A stretch of 64,000 nt of DNA, taken from assembly GCA_964016885.1 (NCBI GenBank), contig OZ024745.1, positions 28,086,001 to 28,150,000 on the forward strand. The letters are read 5' to 3'. This document shows, piece after piece, positions 12,350 through 24,551 of the stretch (position 1 is its first letter; each line of letters begins with the position of its first letter). A program made the position numbers and the translations under genes. The stretch is from Eledone cirrhosa. Taxonomy: Eukaryota. The notes under the pieces were generated by a model. It worked only from the letters and a program-made list of their open reading frames with translations. It ran no database searches and was not told the origin of the DNA.

Positions 12350-15300
12350 TTACAGATATATACTCAGAGTCGGCCCATTCACTCGGGCCATTCTTGCTTC
12401 TCTCACCCATCTTTCAACAAAATGCTGGGAAGAGAGCACTTCCTTCTCTACTCTGATTTTCCTTTTCAAATGAAATTTGAAAAAGTCAATCAGAGCATCA
12501 CCGAAGAGGTAAGTGCTCGTCTTCAGCCCTTTCAAACGTGTCCACCATACTATCTCTTTCGCCATGGCCACCAGACAGATAAAAACTGCCTGCCCTTCCC
12601 GGCTAAAGGAGGAGGGCGGGGCAATCCTCACGATAGACTCAGATGATAGCTGGATCCGTCCTAAACGCGACAGCAGGTGTTCGACATAAACCCACAAGTC
12701 AGCAATTTTCGGACACTGGACGAGTGCGTGCAGGACGGTTTCGTCGCCCTGCGCGCATCTCGGACATGCCCGGCTGACGGCACCTCCATGCCTGTAGAGT
12801 TTATCCCGAACTGGCAAGGCTCCTCGGTAGCACTGCCAGGCCAGAGATTTCTGGAAGTTGTCCATAGGCCCTGGCCCGAAAGTTCTTCCGAAGAGATTGG
12901 CTAGTTGATTTTCGTCGACGCCTAGAGTTTCCCCAAGTACGTCGTCGCTCTTCCCCTCCACTAATCCTCTATAGAACGCCGAGGTGGAGTTTCCACCGAT
13001 CACATTGCCCGATTGGTCGAGGGCTGTGAGCGCCTGAAGACATTCCAGTCTCCAGGCGCTCCCTCTCGGTCTTCGCTTGACCCAGGACTGCAGCTCCGTC
13101 AAGGAAACGAGCTGGGGAAAAACGCGTCTAGCAAACGGCGACCACACCTGATCACCGTCGAGGAAGAGGTGGAGATGTCGTAGCCTGAGCGCGTGCCTGC
13201 GCATCATCAGCCACGGCATGCCCAGCCCTCCACGTAGCGGGTGTTGACAACAGATGGACCGCCTGACCATCGGAGCACGTCCCTTCCACAAAAAGCGAAA
13301 GAGCAAACGCTCCAGCGCAGTCAGGCGAGGCTTAGGACAAGGTACGACGGTTAGGCGGTAGCAGATGACAGACGCGATGTACGCGTTAGCCACCTCCGCT
13401 CGACCTTTCAGGGATAGCTTCCTCTCCGCCCATTTCTGGGTGAGAGAAGCCACCCTGCTCGTCACCTCGTCCCAGTTTTTGTCCGTCTGGAGGTCCGGAC
13501 CGAACCAGACCCCTAGCAATTTAACCGGTCCGTCCGTCCAGCGCCCGACGACGCTGTTGGACGGCATGGACCTGCCTCTCCAGGTGCCGAGCTGCAGGCC
13601 CACTGACTTTTCCTGGTTGATCATTGCTCCTGTCACCGCTTCGTATTCTCTTAGTGTAGTGCCGATCGCCTCGATGTGTTTGGCGTTCGACACCACTACG
13701 GTGACATCGTCCGCATATGCTGACACGGATCTTCCGCATCCTAGTTCGCGCGGGACTCCCCTCAACGTCTCCAGTTTGTGCAGTAATGGCTCGAGAGTCA
13801 ATACGTACAAGAGGGACGAGAGGGGACATCCTTGGCGGACCGAGCGCATGATGTTGAACGGTTCCGACAGGTGACCGTTCACTCTCACCACAGAGCAGAT
13901 GTCGCTGTGCATGGCAGCGATCCAGCCTCTGAAGACGGGCCCAAAGCCAGCCGCCCTCAGGACTGCCGCTAGGTAACGATGGTCGACCCTATCGAAAGCT
14001 TTCGACTGATCTAAATTGATCAAGGACCCACCCGTGCCAGGTTCCCTAGCTACCCTCTCTACGATGTATCGCATGAGGTGGAGGTTGTCGTGGATGGATC
14101 TGTCGGGAATGGCGCATGTCTGCGCCTCTCCCACCAGACCACCAACGACAAGCGCCAACCTCTTTGCTAGCACCTTGGCCAAAATCTTAAACTCTGTGTT
14201 TAGCAGAGTTATGGGCCGGAAATTGTCTATGTTATCCCCCTTGTTCGGATCCTTTCTCAGCAGTGCCACCGCTCCTCGGCTCACAGAACTGGGAATTCTC
14301 CCGTTCTGTTGCCAGTTGCAGTAGACGTCCGCCAAGAGGCCTCCGAACAAGTCTGGCATCTGTACGTAAAGTTCATAGGGCAGACCATCCAAACCAGGCG
14401 ATTTACCCCTTGTGCAGCCAGTCATTGCCTCCCGTACTTCAGCGGCTGTTATCGGCTTTTCGCAACACCTCGCCTCAGTGGCCGAGAGCCGCGGCAGCCC
14501 GTCGAGGTAGACACTAAAGTCCATCCCTCTACCCGGCCCCCCGCTGCCCCCGAACAGCTGAGCGAAGTGTCGCTGAAAAGCTTCACACATTTGCCCGGGA
14601 TCGAGTAGCATGCGCCCGTCGTGGTCCACCAAAGACCGGATCGTGGCTTTGTTGCCACGACGCGCCTCCGCCACTCGGGCCCATTGAACGGCTTTCGTCC
14701 CCTCGTGTCTGAGAGCACGCACCCTAGCTCTGACAACGCAGCCTTCGTGCTTTGCATTGAAGAATTGGTCAAGGGCCAATTTCGCCGCAAGCACGTCGGT
14801 CGCAATGCCTTTGCTAAGCGCCTCGTCTAATTTTCTAACTAGTTCTCCCTCTGCTCTATTTTTCTCTATTGCTAAAGCCTTACTAAACCTAATCGATTCT
14901 ATTCTAATCGCTCTTTTCAGAGCAAACCACCACTTGTTGTTGACGATGGCCCCCGTCAACGCCCGCTTAACTAGTTCGCTAATCCGGTCTCTGTAGGCCT
15001 TGCGCGCTGGTAAGGACGCGTTTAGCTTCCAGTAGCCGGGTCCTCGTCTATGAAGCCTATCTAAGTCAAGCACACAGGTCACGAATTTGTGGTCCGTGTA
15101 GCTGACTATCTTGAATTGTGGACAGCCTATGCTAGACCTATCTATTTCCCTACAAAATACTCTATCTAGATATGATCTGGATGACCCTATGCGGTTTGTC
15201 CAAGTCCACATTGGCACATTCGGGAAATCCAATCGGTACCTGTCAGACAGTTCAAAACGCCTGAGCAGGTTGGTGAGGCTCTTGCACCCTCCACCCCTAT

Positions 15301-15769
15301 CCGCTAATCCCACACAGTCCCAGCGTGCATCTAAGATCCCGTTCCAGTCGCCCACTAACACTAAAGAGCGGGACGTTCCAAGAAAGGTCTCCAGACGCCG
15401 GAAGAAATCAGGCCGCCCTGCTCCTGTCGGGGCATAGACGGCCACTAGCCTGAAAGCTTGCCCGTCTCCGCTGGTCACGTCCAGCACCACCAGCTTACCC
15501 TCTGGGTCCAGGAAGATGGCCCGTATGGCGAGATCCAAACCTCTCCGAAAAAGTACAGCAACTCCTCCACCGGATCCAGGACGGCTGGGAGATGCGTACA
15601 CATCGTAGCCGCCGAAGATCGGTGCGAAGGCCCGTGCTTCGGAGATTCTGGTCTCGCTGATGGCCACTACATCTATGTTTAGTGACCTGAGGTCGTTGAG
15701 CAGGTGACCCTGCTTCCATGACGACCCCAAGCCACGCGCATTTATGCTGCCTATTCTGAGTGAGGTCAT
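12350..15769 (-). CDS. Intact Tx1 ORF2p (APE endonuclease + reverse transcriptase + zf-RVT-like CCHC), 1139 aa
   Basis: Uninterrupted ORF with APE (N, E, GDWN, LDR, TDH), RT (RPITLLN, DQSKAFD, QGCPLS, YADD) and CPRC...H...C motifs. Confidence 0.96.
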   Translation of the reverse strand: MTSLRIGSINARGLGSSWKQGHLLNDLRSLNIDVVAISETRISEARAFAPIFGGYDVYASPSRPGSGGGVAVLFRRGLDLAIRAIFLDPEGKLVVLDVTSGDGQAFRLVAVYAPTGAGRPDFFRRLETFLGTSRSLVLVGDWNGILDARWDCVGLADRGGGCKSLTNLLRRFELSDRYRLDFPNVPMWTWTNRIGSSRSYLDRVFCREIDRSSIGCPQFKIVSYTDHKFVTCVLDLDRLHRRGPGYWKLNASLPARKAYRDRISELVKRALTGAIVNNKWWFALKRAIRIESIRFSKALAIEKNRAEGELVRKLDEALSKGIATDVLAAKLALDQFFNAKHEGCVVRARVRALRHEGTKAVQWARVAEARRGNKATIRSLVDHDGRMLLDPGQMCEAFQRHFAQLFGGSGGPGRGMDFSVYLDGLPRLSATEARCCEKPITAAEVREAMTGCTRGKSPGLDGLPYELYVQMPDLFGGLLADVYCNWQQNGRIPSSVSRGAVALLRKDPNKGDNIDNFRPITLLNTEFKILAKVLAKRLALVVGGLVGEAQTCAIPDRSIHDNLHLMRYIVERVAREPGTGGSLINLDQSKAFDRVDHRYLAAVLRAAGFGPVFRGWIAAMHSDICSVVRVNGHLSEPFNIMRSVRQGCPLSSLLYVLTLEPLLHKLETLRGVPRELGCGRSVSAYADDVTVVVSNAKHIEAIGTTLREYEAVTGAMINQEKSVGLQLGTWRGRSMPSNSVVGRWTDGPVKLLGVWFGPDLQTDKNWDEVTSRVASLTQKWAERKLSLKGRAEVANAYIASVICYRLTVVPCPKPRLTALERLLFRFLWKGRAPMVRRSICCQHPLRGGLGMPWLMMRRHALRLRHLHLFLDGDQVWSPFARRVFPQLVSLTELQSWVKRRPRGSAWRLECLQALTALDQSGNVIGGNSTSAFYRGLVEGKSDDVLGETLGVDENQLANLFGRTFGPGPMDNFQKSLAWQCYRGALPVRDKLYRHGGAVSRACPRCAQGDETVLHALVQCPKIADLWVYVEHLLSRLGRIQLSSESIVRIAPPSSFSREGQAVFICLVAMAKEIVWWTRLKGLKTSTYLFGDALIDFFKFHLKRKIRVEKEVLSSQHFVERWVREARMARVNGPTLSIYL

Positions 15770-15804
15770 GTTTAAAATAGAGTGGAAAAGATGGGAAAGA
15801 CCAC

Positions 15805-17900
15805 TTACCGTATTTTTGGTAGAGGAGGGATGGTTTTTACATCCCTTTTCACTTGATCGTCTGGTGAAGGGACCGTTGAATCGTCCCTTCGGCTGGTCGT
15901 CGGCTCTTCTAAGAGAATGTCTGAATATACTCTTCGATTAATGGTTCCTCCTAGGTCCCTGAAATCACCAACTGCGTTGGGGAATTTCGTTTTAATGTTT
16001 GTGTATTGTTTCTGTGCTATTTTTAGCAGTCTTATGTTAGTTGGCGTTTTGATTGGTGCTGGTATTATGTAGTCCTGTTGTGAAATGTCTGTGTGTTCAA
16101 TTATGTAAGTCATTAGTTTCTTGTTGTGTGTGTTTATTGCCGTGCATTTGTTTTTCTGGGGGTGGGGTGTGGTTTTGCTATTTTCTTGTCGTTGTTGCTG
16201 GGTGTGTGTGTTTTGTTGTTGTGTTTGCGATGTTGGTGCTTGTGGTGGTGGTGTTGAAGGTGTTGTTGGCGGTGGGGTTGTCGCCGGTGGTGATGGTGGC
16301 GCTAGTGTGGGTGGTGATGGTGTTGGTGTTGTTGCTGCTGTGGGTCTCTTTGCAGTAGACTTTACCCTTTTCTCATTTCTTTCCTCCCTTTTCAAAGGCG
16401 ACGATGCGCTGCTTCTGCGTTTGTGCCTTCTTACGACCTTTTGCCATCTCTCTCCCACCTCACACTCCATGTCTGATTCTGTGAGGTCGGGGAGGGGTAC
16501 CAACTCCACTCTTTCACTTGTTGTTGTTGGTGATGTTTGCACTGGAGTCTCTGTTGCAGCTGCATTTGGTATTGCTGTTGTTGTTGTTAGTATTTCCACT
16601 GCTGCTGCTGTTTTTGATTTCCGTGGAGTGGGTATGGGTGCCACGGGCCTATCGTTCCTGGTTGCCGCTTGTCCTGTTGCTGGTAGCCGTGGAGCCGGAT
16701 TCGGAAGGAGGGGGGTTTTCTCCTTTCTCAGGGTCTTCTCGTTGCAGAAGGCCCTGAGGTGAGTCTTCGATCCACAGCGAAAGCATTTCGGGCGTTTGCC
16801 CTCAACACTTATGGGCAGTTGAGTGCCGTTATCGAAGTCTATCACATCCGGGATAGCTTCGATGCACTCCTGGTTGGTTTGGATTAGCATCTCAATGGAG
16901 GAGCCGACCCAATCTTCTCTTACTTTTTTCTGTACTTGCAGTACAGTTGTTTTGTCCTCGATTCCGACGAGGACAGACGCGGCCAGCCAAGAAGGGGTCA
17001 TTCCGGGGGGACGTGGGTCAGTTTGACCCTCACAATTTTTTGCCCACAGTAGGAGGGCACCAACACCATTTCCTCGCTCCTTAGGGTCACTACTGATTGG
17101 GCCTTTGCCTCCTGGGGTGTGGCAAAAAGTACGTCTACGGTGGCATATTTTTTGCCTCGGGTGATGTGCGTTTTCCGCTGCCACACAGACCCCAAGGCTT
17201 TTTGTATTTGGGCCTCTGTGGCTCTTTCCACCCTACGGGATTTTGTACTTACTGTACGGTACGTGACCGTACAGTGCTCTTGGGTTTCGAAAAAATTTTT
17301 CGCTGCCTTGCAGATTGCTCGGTGTCCGTTCTTTGTCACCATCTTCTTCGCTTCCTCTAATTCCTCATTTGTTATGAGGATTGTTTCCAAGTTTTTCGCA
17401 ATACCTGCAAATGAGATTGGTTTTTCTCTGCTGTTGTTGTTGTCGTCAGAGCTGCTGGTACTTTTGTTGTTGCTGCAGGTACTACGACTACTGCCTCCGC
17501 CGCTGTTGCTGTGGTTGTTGTTGGTGTTGCTGCTGCTAATGCTGTTGTTGTTTATGCTGCTGGTGATGCTGTTGCGGCTGCTACTGTTGTTTTCATTGTC
17601 ACTGTTGCTGTTGTTATTACGGCTGCTACTGCTATTATTCCTGACGTCAGACGAATGAACTGGGTTTTCGTATTTCCCGCACACCTGTTTCGTCGCTGTC
17701 GTCGTCGTCGTGGAGAAACCTTGCACGCTTTGCACGAGACTTTTCTTTTCTTTCGTCACTTGCGAAAGAGAAGGGAGGGAGAGAGACACATTTAAAGAAG
17801 GGATGGAGAGAGACAATCTTCTCTCTGCTGTAGTGATGATTGAGGAAGAAGAAGACGGAATGAGTGGGAGTGACGTATGAAATTTCTTTTTCGTAGCCAT
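15805..17900 (-). CDS. Tx1 ORF1p (A type), single 1-nt frameshift at a C-run near 17005
   Basis: ORFs 16998-17900 and 15805-17184 overlap; copy 2 has one more base at this site and reads through; CCHC knuckle. Confidence 0.85.
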
Positions 17901-18385
17901 GTTGTTTTTTGTTTAAAATGAAATTTTGGGTACAAAACCCCAATAACTGATTATTTAACCCCGAAGGGCCAAATAACGGACAGAAAGACCCCTCTCACGA
18001 GGAGGAGGGTGTCTTTATCAACAATTTGGTTCAAGTTTTAAACAATTTACAATTGTTTTAACGGTTAAAAATTACTATACCTTACAGAGCCGAGCCTCCG
18101 TCAACCATGGCATTCAATAATAATAATAATAATGCTTTCTTTATTAACCACAAGGGTTTACATAGAGTAGACATTAAGGACAGTACAGGACAATACAGGA
18201 CGGTACAAATGGGCATTTCTGCGTGTAAAAAAACAAAAACAGAGGATGTAACAAAAAAATAACAATGAAAAATTCCCCAATAGGGGGGAGACTTCCGAGG
18301 GACATTCGTGGAGAAAGCCCATTAAAAAGCCACAATGACCCTGACCACCAGGGCAAGTGCCCTCTCCCAGTTTTCCACCTTTAAT

Positions 18386-21300
18386 TTACAGACACATACT
18401 CAGAGTAGGCCCATTCACTCGGGCCATTCTTGCCTCTCTCACCCATCTTTCAACAAAATGCTGGGAAGAGATCACTTCCCTCTCTACCCTGATTTTCCTT
18501 TTCAAATGAAATTTGAAAAGGTTAATCAGGGCAACACCGAAGAAGTAAGTGCTCGTCTTCAGCCCTTTGAAACATGTCCACCATACTATCTCTTTCGCCA
18601 TGGCCACCAGACAGATAAAAACTGCCTGCCCTTCCCGGGTAAAGGAAGAGGGCGGGGCAATCCTCACGATGGACTCAGCTGATAGCTGGATCCGTCCTAC
18701 ACGTGACAGCAGGTGTTCGACATAAACCCACAAGTCAGCAATGCTCGGACACTGGACGAGTGCGTGCAGGACGGTTTCGTCGCCCTGCACGCATCTCGGA
18801 CATGCCCGGCTGACGGCACCTCCATGCCTGTAGAGTTTATCCCGAACTGGCAAAGCACCCCGGTAGCACTGCCAGGCCAGGGATTTCTGGAAGTTGTCTA
18901 TAGGCCCCGGCCCGAAAGTCCTTCCGAAGAGATTGGCTAGTTGATTTTCGTCGACGCCTAGAGTTTCCCCAAGTACGTCGTCGCTCTTCCCCTCCACTAA
19001 TCCTCTATAGAACGCCAAGGTGGAGTTTCCACCGATCACATTGCCCGATTGGTCGAGGGCTGTGAGCGCCTGAAGACATTCCAGTCTCCAAGCGCTCTCT
19101 CTCGGTCTTCGCTTGACCCAGGACTGCAGCTCCGTCAAGGAGACGAGCTGGAGAAAGACGCGTCTAGCAAACAGCGACCACACCTGATCACCGTCGAGGA
19201 AGAGGTGGAAATGTCGTAGCCTGAGCGCGTATCTGCGCATCATCAGCCACGGCATCCCCAGCCCTCCACGTAGCGAGTGTTGACAGCAGATGAACCGCCT
19301 GACCATCGGAGCGCGTCCCTTCCACAAAAAACAAAAGGGCAAACGCTCCAGCGCAGTCAGGCGACGCGGTAGTAGATGACGGACGCGATGTACGCGTTAG
19401 CCACATCCGCTCGACCTTTCAGGGATAGCTTCCTCTCTGCCCATTTCTGGGTGAGAGAAGCCACCCTGCTCGTCACCTCGTCCCAGTTTTTGTCCGTCTG
19501 GAGGTCCGGACCGAACCAGACCCCTAGCAATTTAAATGGTCCGTCCGTCCAGCGCCCGACGACGCTGTTGGACGGCATGGACCTGCCTCTCCAGATGCCG
19601 AGCTGCAGGCCCACTGACTTTTCCTGGTTGATCATTGCTCCTGTCACCGCTTCGTATTCACTTAGTGTAGTGCCAATCGCCTCGGTGTGTTTGGCGTTCG
19701 ACACCACTACGGTGACATCGTCGGCATATGCTGACACGGATCTTCCGCATCCTAGTTCGCGCGGGACACCCCTCAACGTCTCCAGTTTGTGCAGTAATGG
19801 CTCGAGAGTCAATACGTACAATAGGGACGAGAGGGGACATCCTTGGCGGACGCATGATGTTGAACGGTTCCGAAGGGTGACCGTTCACTCTCACCACAGA
19901 GCAGATGTCGCAGTGCATGGCAGCGATCCAGCCTCTGAAGACGGGCCCAAAGCCAGCCGCCCTCAGGACTGCCGCCAGGTAACGATGGTCGACCCTATCG
20001 AAAGCTTTCGACTGATCTAAATTTATCAAGGACCCACCCGTGCCAGGTTCCCTAGCTACCCTCTCCACGATGTATCGCATGAGGTGGAGGTTGTCGTGGA
20101 TGGATCTGTCGGGAATGGCGCATGTCTGCGCCTCTCCCACCAGACCACCAACGACAAGCGCCAACCTTTTTGCTAGCACCTTGGCCAAAATCTTCAACTC
20201 TGTGTTTAGCAGAGTTATGGACCTGAAATTATCTATGTTATCCCCCTTGTTCGGATCCTTTCTCAACAGCGCCACCGTTCCTCGGCTCACAGAGCTGGGA
20301 ATTCTCCCGTTCTGTTGCCAGTTGCAGTAGACGTCCGCCACGAGGCCTCCGAACAAGCCTGGCATCTGTACGTAAAGTTCATCGGGCAGACCATCCAAAC
20401 CAGGCGATTTACCCCTTGTGCAGCTAGTCATTGCCTCCCGTACTTCAGCGGCTGTTATCGGCTTTTCGCAACACTCCGCCTCAGTGGCCGAGAGCCGCGG
20501 CAGTCCGTCGAGGTAGACACTAAAGTCCATCCCTCGATCCGGCCCGCCGCTGCCCCCGAACAGCTGAGCGAGGTGTCGCTGAAAAGCTTCACACATTTGC
20601 CCGGGATCGAGTAGCATGCTCCCGTCGTGGTCCACCAAAGATCGGTTCGTGGCTTTGTTGCCACGACGCGCCTCCGCCACTCGGGCCCATTGAACGGTTT
20701 TCGTCCCCTCGTGTCTGAGAGCACGCACCCTAGCTCTGACAACGCAGCCTTCGTGCTTTGCATTGAAGAATTGGTCAAGGGCCAATTTCGCCGCAAGTAC
20801 GTCGGTCGCGATGCCTTTGCTATGCGCCTCGTCTAATTTTCTAACTAGTTCTCCCTCTGCTCTATTTTTCTCTATTGCTAAAGCCTTACTAAACCTAATG
20901 GACACTATTCTAATTGCTCTTTTCAGAGCAAACCACCACTTGTTGTTGACGATGGCTCCCGTCAACGCCCGCTTAACTAGTTCGCTAATCCGGTCTTTGT
21001 AGGCCTTGTGCGCTGGTAAGGACGCGTTTAGCTTCCAGTAGCCGGGTCCTTGTCTATGAAGTCTATCTAAGTCAACCACACAGATCAGGAATTTGTGGTC
21101 CGTGTAGCTGACTATCTTTAATTGTGGACAGCCTATGCTAAACCTATCTATTTCCCTACAAAATACTCTATCTAGATATGATCTGGATGACCCTATGCGG
21201 TTTGTCCAAGTCCACATTGGCACATTCGAGAAATCCAATCGGTACATGTCAGACAGTTCAAAACGCCTGAGCAGGTTGGTGATGCTCTTGCACCCTCCTC

Positions 21301-21775
21301 CCCTATCCGCTAATCCCACACAGTCCCAGCGTGCATCTAAGATCCTGTTCCAGTCGCCCACTAACACTAAAGAGCAGGACGTTCCAAGAAAGGTCTCCAG
21401 ACGCCGGAAGAAATCAGGCCGCCCTGCTCCTGTCGGGGCATAGACAGCCACTAGCCTGAAAGCTTGCCCGTCTCCGCTGGTCACGTCCAGCACCACCAAC
21501 TTACCTTCTGGGTCCAGGAAGATGGCCTGTATGGCGAGATCCAAACCTCTCCGAAAAAGCACAGCAACTCCTCCCCCCGATCCAGGACGGCTGGGAGATG
21601 CGTACACATCGTAGCCGCCAAAGATCGATGCGAAGGCCCGTGCTTCGGAGATTCTGGTCTCGCTGATGGCAACTACATCTAATTTTAGTGACCTGAGGTC
21701 GTTGAGCAGGTGGCCCTGCTTCCATGACGACCCCAAGCCACGCGCATTTATGCTGCCTATTCTGAGTGAGGTCAT
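18386..21775 (-). pseudogene. Tx1 ORF2 of copy 4 with frameshifting deletions near 19852 and 19363
   Basis: ORF pieces 19658-21775, 19357-19821 and 18386-19342 align to copy 3 ORF2. Confidence 0.92.
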
Positions 21776-21809
21776 GTTGAAAAGGAGTGGAAAAGATGGG
21801 AAAGACCAC

Positions 21810-23752
21810 TTACCTTACTTCTCGTAGAGGAAGGGACCGTTTCTCCATCATTTTCACTGCTTGTGGCCTCCTCCGGAAGGATGTCCTTATAAATCCTCCT
21901 GGAGAGTGCTTGTCGGAAGTCTCCGATGTCTTTGGGGAATTTTTGTTTTAGTGTTGTGTAAATTTTCTGTGTGATGCGAGTGATTTGTATGTGTGGAGGT
22001 GGTGTGAACTTTTGGGGGTGTTGTGTAGTCTTTTTCTGTGATGCTGGTGTTGTGTTGGATGTAGTGTAATAATTGGTTGTTGTTCAAATTTAATGCTGTG
22101 TAGTGTGTATCGTTTTGGTTGTTTTGTTTTGTTTGCGTTTGTTGTGGGTTTGTTTCTGTTTCGCTTTTTGGTGACTTTTGTGGTGTTGGTGATGGTGGTG
22201 TTGGGGTTAATGATGGTGATGGTGTTGGTGTTTGTGGTGATGGGGTTGGTGATGCTGGTGTGGATGGTGGCATAGCTGTCCTAACTTTTTTGTTTTATAG
22301 TTTATTTGTTTCCCTCTGTATTTTGTTTTTGGAGGGGGAAGGAAGAGGATTTTTTTCTTTTTTGGCTTCCTTTTTTTTTTCTTTTTTCCTGATACAGTTT
22401 CCCACTCCTCGTCGTCACAATCTGTCTCCAGTTGCGATAGGTCGGGGAGTGGAAAATCCTCCACAGGCGTTGGTTTTGGTTGTGGCGTGGTGGATGGTGG
22501 AGGCGCTGGTGCTAGTTCTGGCGCGGTGGGTGGTGGTGGTGTTGGTTTTGCTACTGTTGCTGGGGTTGTTGCTGTTACAGTTGCTTCTGTTGTTACTGCT
22601 ACAGTTGTTGCTGCCATTTCTGCTGCTGGTGGTGTTGATGGTTGTGTCACTGGGGCGGGTAAGAGAGGTGGCCTCAACTTTTTAGCCTGAGAGCAGAAAG
22701 CCTTTAGGTGGGTTCCTTCACCACAAACGACACACCTAGGCCTTCTACCCTCGACGATTACAGTGAGGTGGCTGCCGTCAGTGAGGTCTATTACCTCTGG
22801 GATCTCCTCAATGCTTTTTTGGTCCGCTTGGATCAGGAGCTCCATCCCAGATCCGGACTAGTTCTCCTGCTTTTCTTTTGATATTTCAATTATTTTGGTG
22901 TTGGCCTCGATGCCGGCGAGGACGGCAGCCATTAGCCAGGGAATTTCGATGGCCGGTGGAACGTGGGTCACCCTGATCTTCACGAGTCTCTGGCCACAAT
23001 AGCTTGGGACGAGTGTGAAGTCGACGCTTCTTAATGGGGCCATGGAGTGCTCTCTGGCCTCCTGTTGTGTTCCAAAGAACACGTCCACGGTTCCATATTT
23101 CTGCCCACGTCTGATGTGGGTTTTTTCCGCCCACACATGTCCCAAAGCTTTTTGGATTTGGGACTCGGATGCCCGTTCCACACGGCGCGATTTTGTGTTA
23201 ATCGTCCGATAAGACACGGTGCATAGGCGCCGATGCTCCATTTTATTAGGTGGGGGTGAAGCTGACCCGGTACCCATCTTTCTTTACCATTCATTTAATT
23301 CATTTAATTCCTCCTGAGTTACCTCGATTGTTTCGCATTTCTTGGCTGCTTTGGCAAACGACACATTTGCGGTGGTGTTGATGTTTTTGTTGTTATTCTC
23401 ATTGTTGTTGTTGTTATTGTTATTTTTTGATTGTTATTTTTAGTTTCAGTTGTGGTGGTGGTGGCGTCAGTGGTGTTCGGTGTGGAAGAGTCGATTCTGG
23501 GTGAATCCATTTCGATGTCACGAGATAATAATTTATTTTTTTCTTTTGTTTCTGTTGTCGCTGTGGTGGTGGTGGGATGGCGGCTTTAACACTTGCAGTT
23601 TTTGGTAATGGCGGGAAATGAATGTCTGCATGAGACAAATTTAAATTATTGCCACTGCTTATATTTTTAGTTTTGGCAAACGTAGTAATATTTACAATGG
23701 TGGTGTTAGTGTGAGGAAGGCTGTCAGCTTGGAGTAGCTGTGAGTCGTCCAT
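21810..23752 (-). pseudogene. Tx1 ORF1 (B type), fragmented
   Basis: Pieces 23420-23752, 22858-23277 (TVSYRTINTKSRRVERA...), 22207-22845 (RPRCVVCGEGTHLKAFC knuckle), 21887-22273; homologous to but diverged from A-type ORF1. Confidence 0.85.
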
Positions 23753-23966
23753 GAATTTTTCAAAAAAGATTTTTGTTTTATAATTATAAAAGTTTAAATT
23801 TTGGGCTCAAGGCCCCAATCTTTTTGAGTGTCCTTTTCCGAAAGCAATATAAGTGAACTTATAAACACTTAACAACAAAAAATTTCCATAAATGGCAATT
23901 TTAAACAAACGTAAACAACAAACCTTTACGGAGCTCACGATAATACGATTTTCTACGTGGGTCGCC

Positions 23967-24016
<50 letters not shown>

Positions 24017-24017
<1 letters not shown>

Positions 24018-24551
24018 GTAAACAATTTACCACATTCTGAGAAATGGTATGAGCATAAGCCAGAGGCGGTGATGGAGAACGATCAGGTGAAGGTGATGTG
24101 GGATTTTAGGATACAGACGGACAAGAAACTGGAACACAATAGACCTGACTTGGTGGTTGTGGACAAAGAAAAAAGAGCGTGTCTGATTGTGGATGTGGCC
24201 TGCCCATTCGACACGAGAGTGCAAGAGAAGGAGAGGGAGAAAATTAACCGATACCAAGACTTAAAGTGGGAGGTAAAAAGGATTTGGAACTGCCATGAAG
24301 TCAAAGTGATCCCGATTGTCATAGGCGCACTGGGGACTATCTCCAAAAGTTTCCAGGGATGGTTAAAGAAAATCGGCCCCTTCACGTTTTTTGGAACGCT
24401 TCAAAAGGCATGCTTGCTGGGAACAGCAAGAACCCTCCGATACGTCCTGAATATCTGAGGCTGCAGGTAGTGGCTTGATATTCATTCCAACGGACTTTCC
24501 AGTTAACCAACATCAATGACTGAGATTCAAGGAATAATAATAATAATAATG
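24017..24551 (+). mobile_element. R4/Dong-like retrotransposon family a, 5'-truncated 3' fragment (RLE endonuclease end)
   Basis: NRPDLVVVD...IVDVACPFD...EKINRY restriction-like endonuclease; near-identical to 29277-29800; (AAT)n on both sides. Confidence 0.9.

Larger units (their letters stand above)
12044..18115 (-). mobile_element. Tx1-clade retrotransposon, copy 3 (subfamily A), full length
   Basis: 5'UTR 17901-18115, ORF1, 35-nt spacer, intact ORF2, 3'UTR, tail seen as (AAT)n 12044-12084. Confidence 0.95.
18116..23966 (-). mobile_element. Tx1-clade retrotransposon, copy 4 (subfamily B), full length but decayed
   Basis: 5' end GGCGACCCACG abuts (AAT)n 23967-24016; tail (AAT)n 18116-18133 abuts the copy 3 5' end. 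Confidence 0.92.

Noticed and set aside
23892-24458. 188-aa ORF with poly-Asn
   Set aside because: Chimeric read-through of antisense Tx1 5'UTR, (AAT)n and the R4 fragment.
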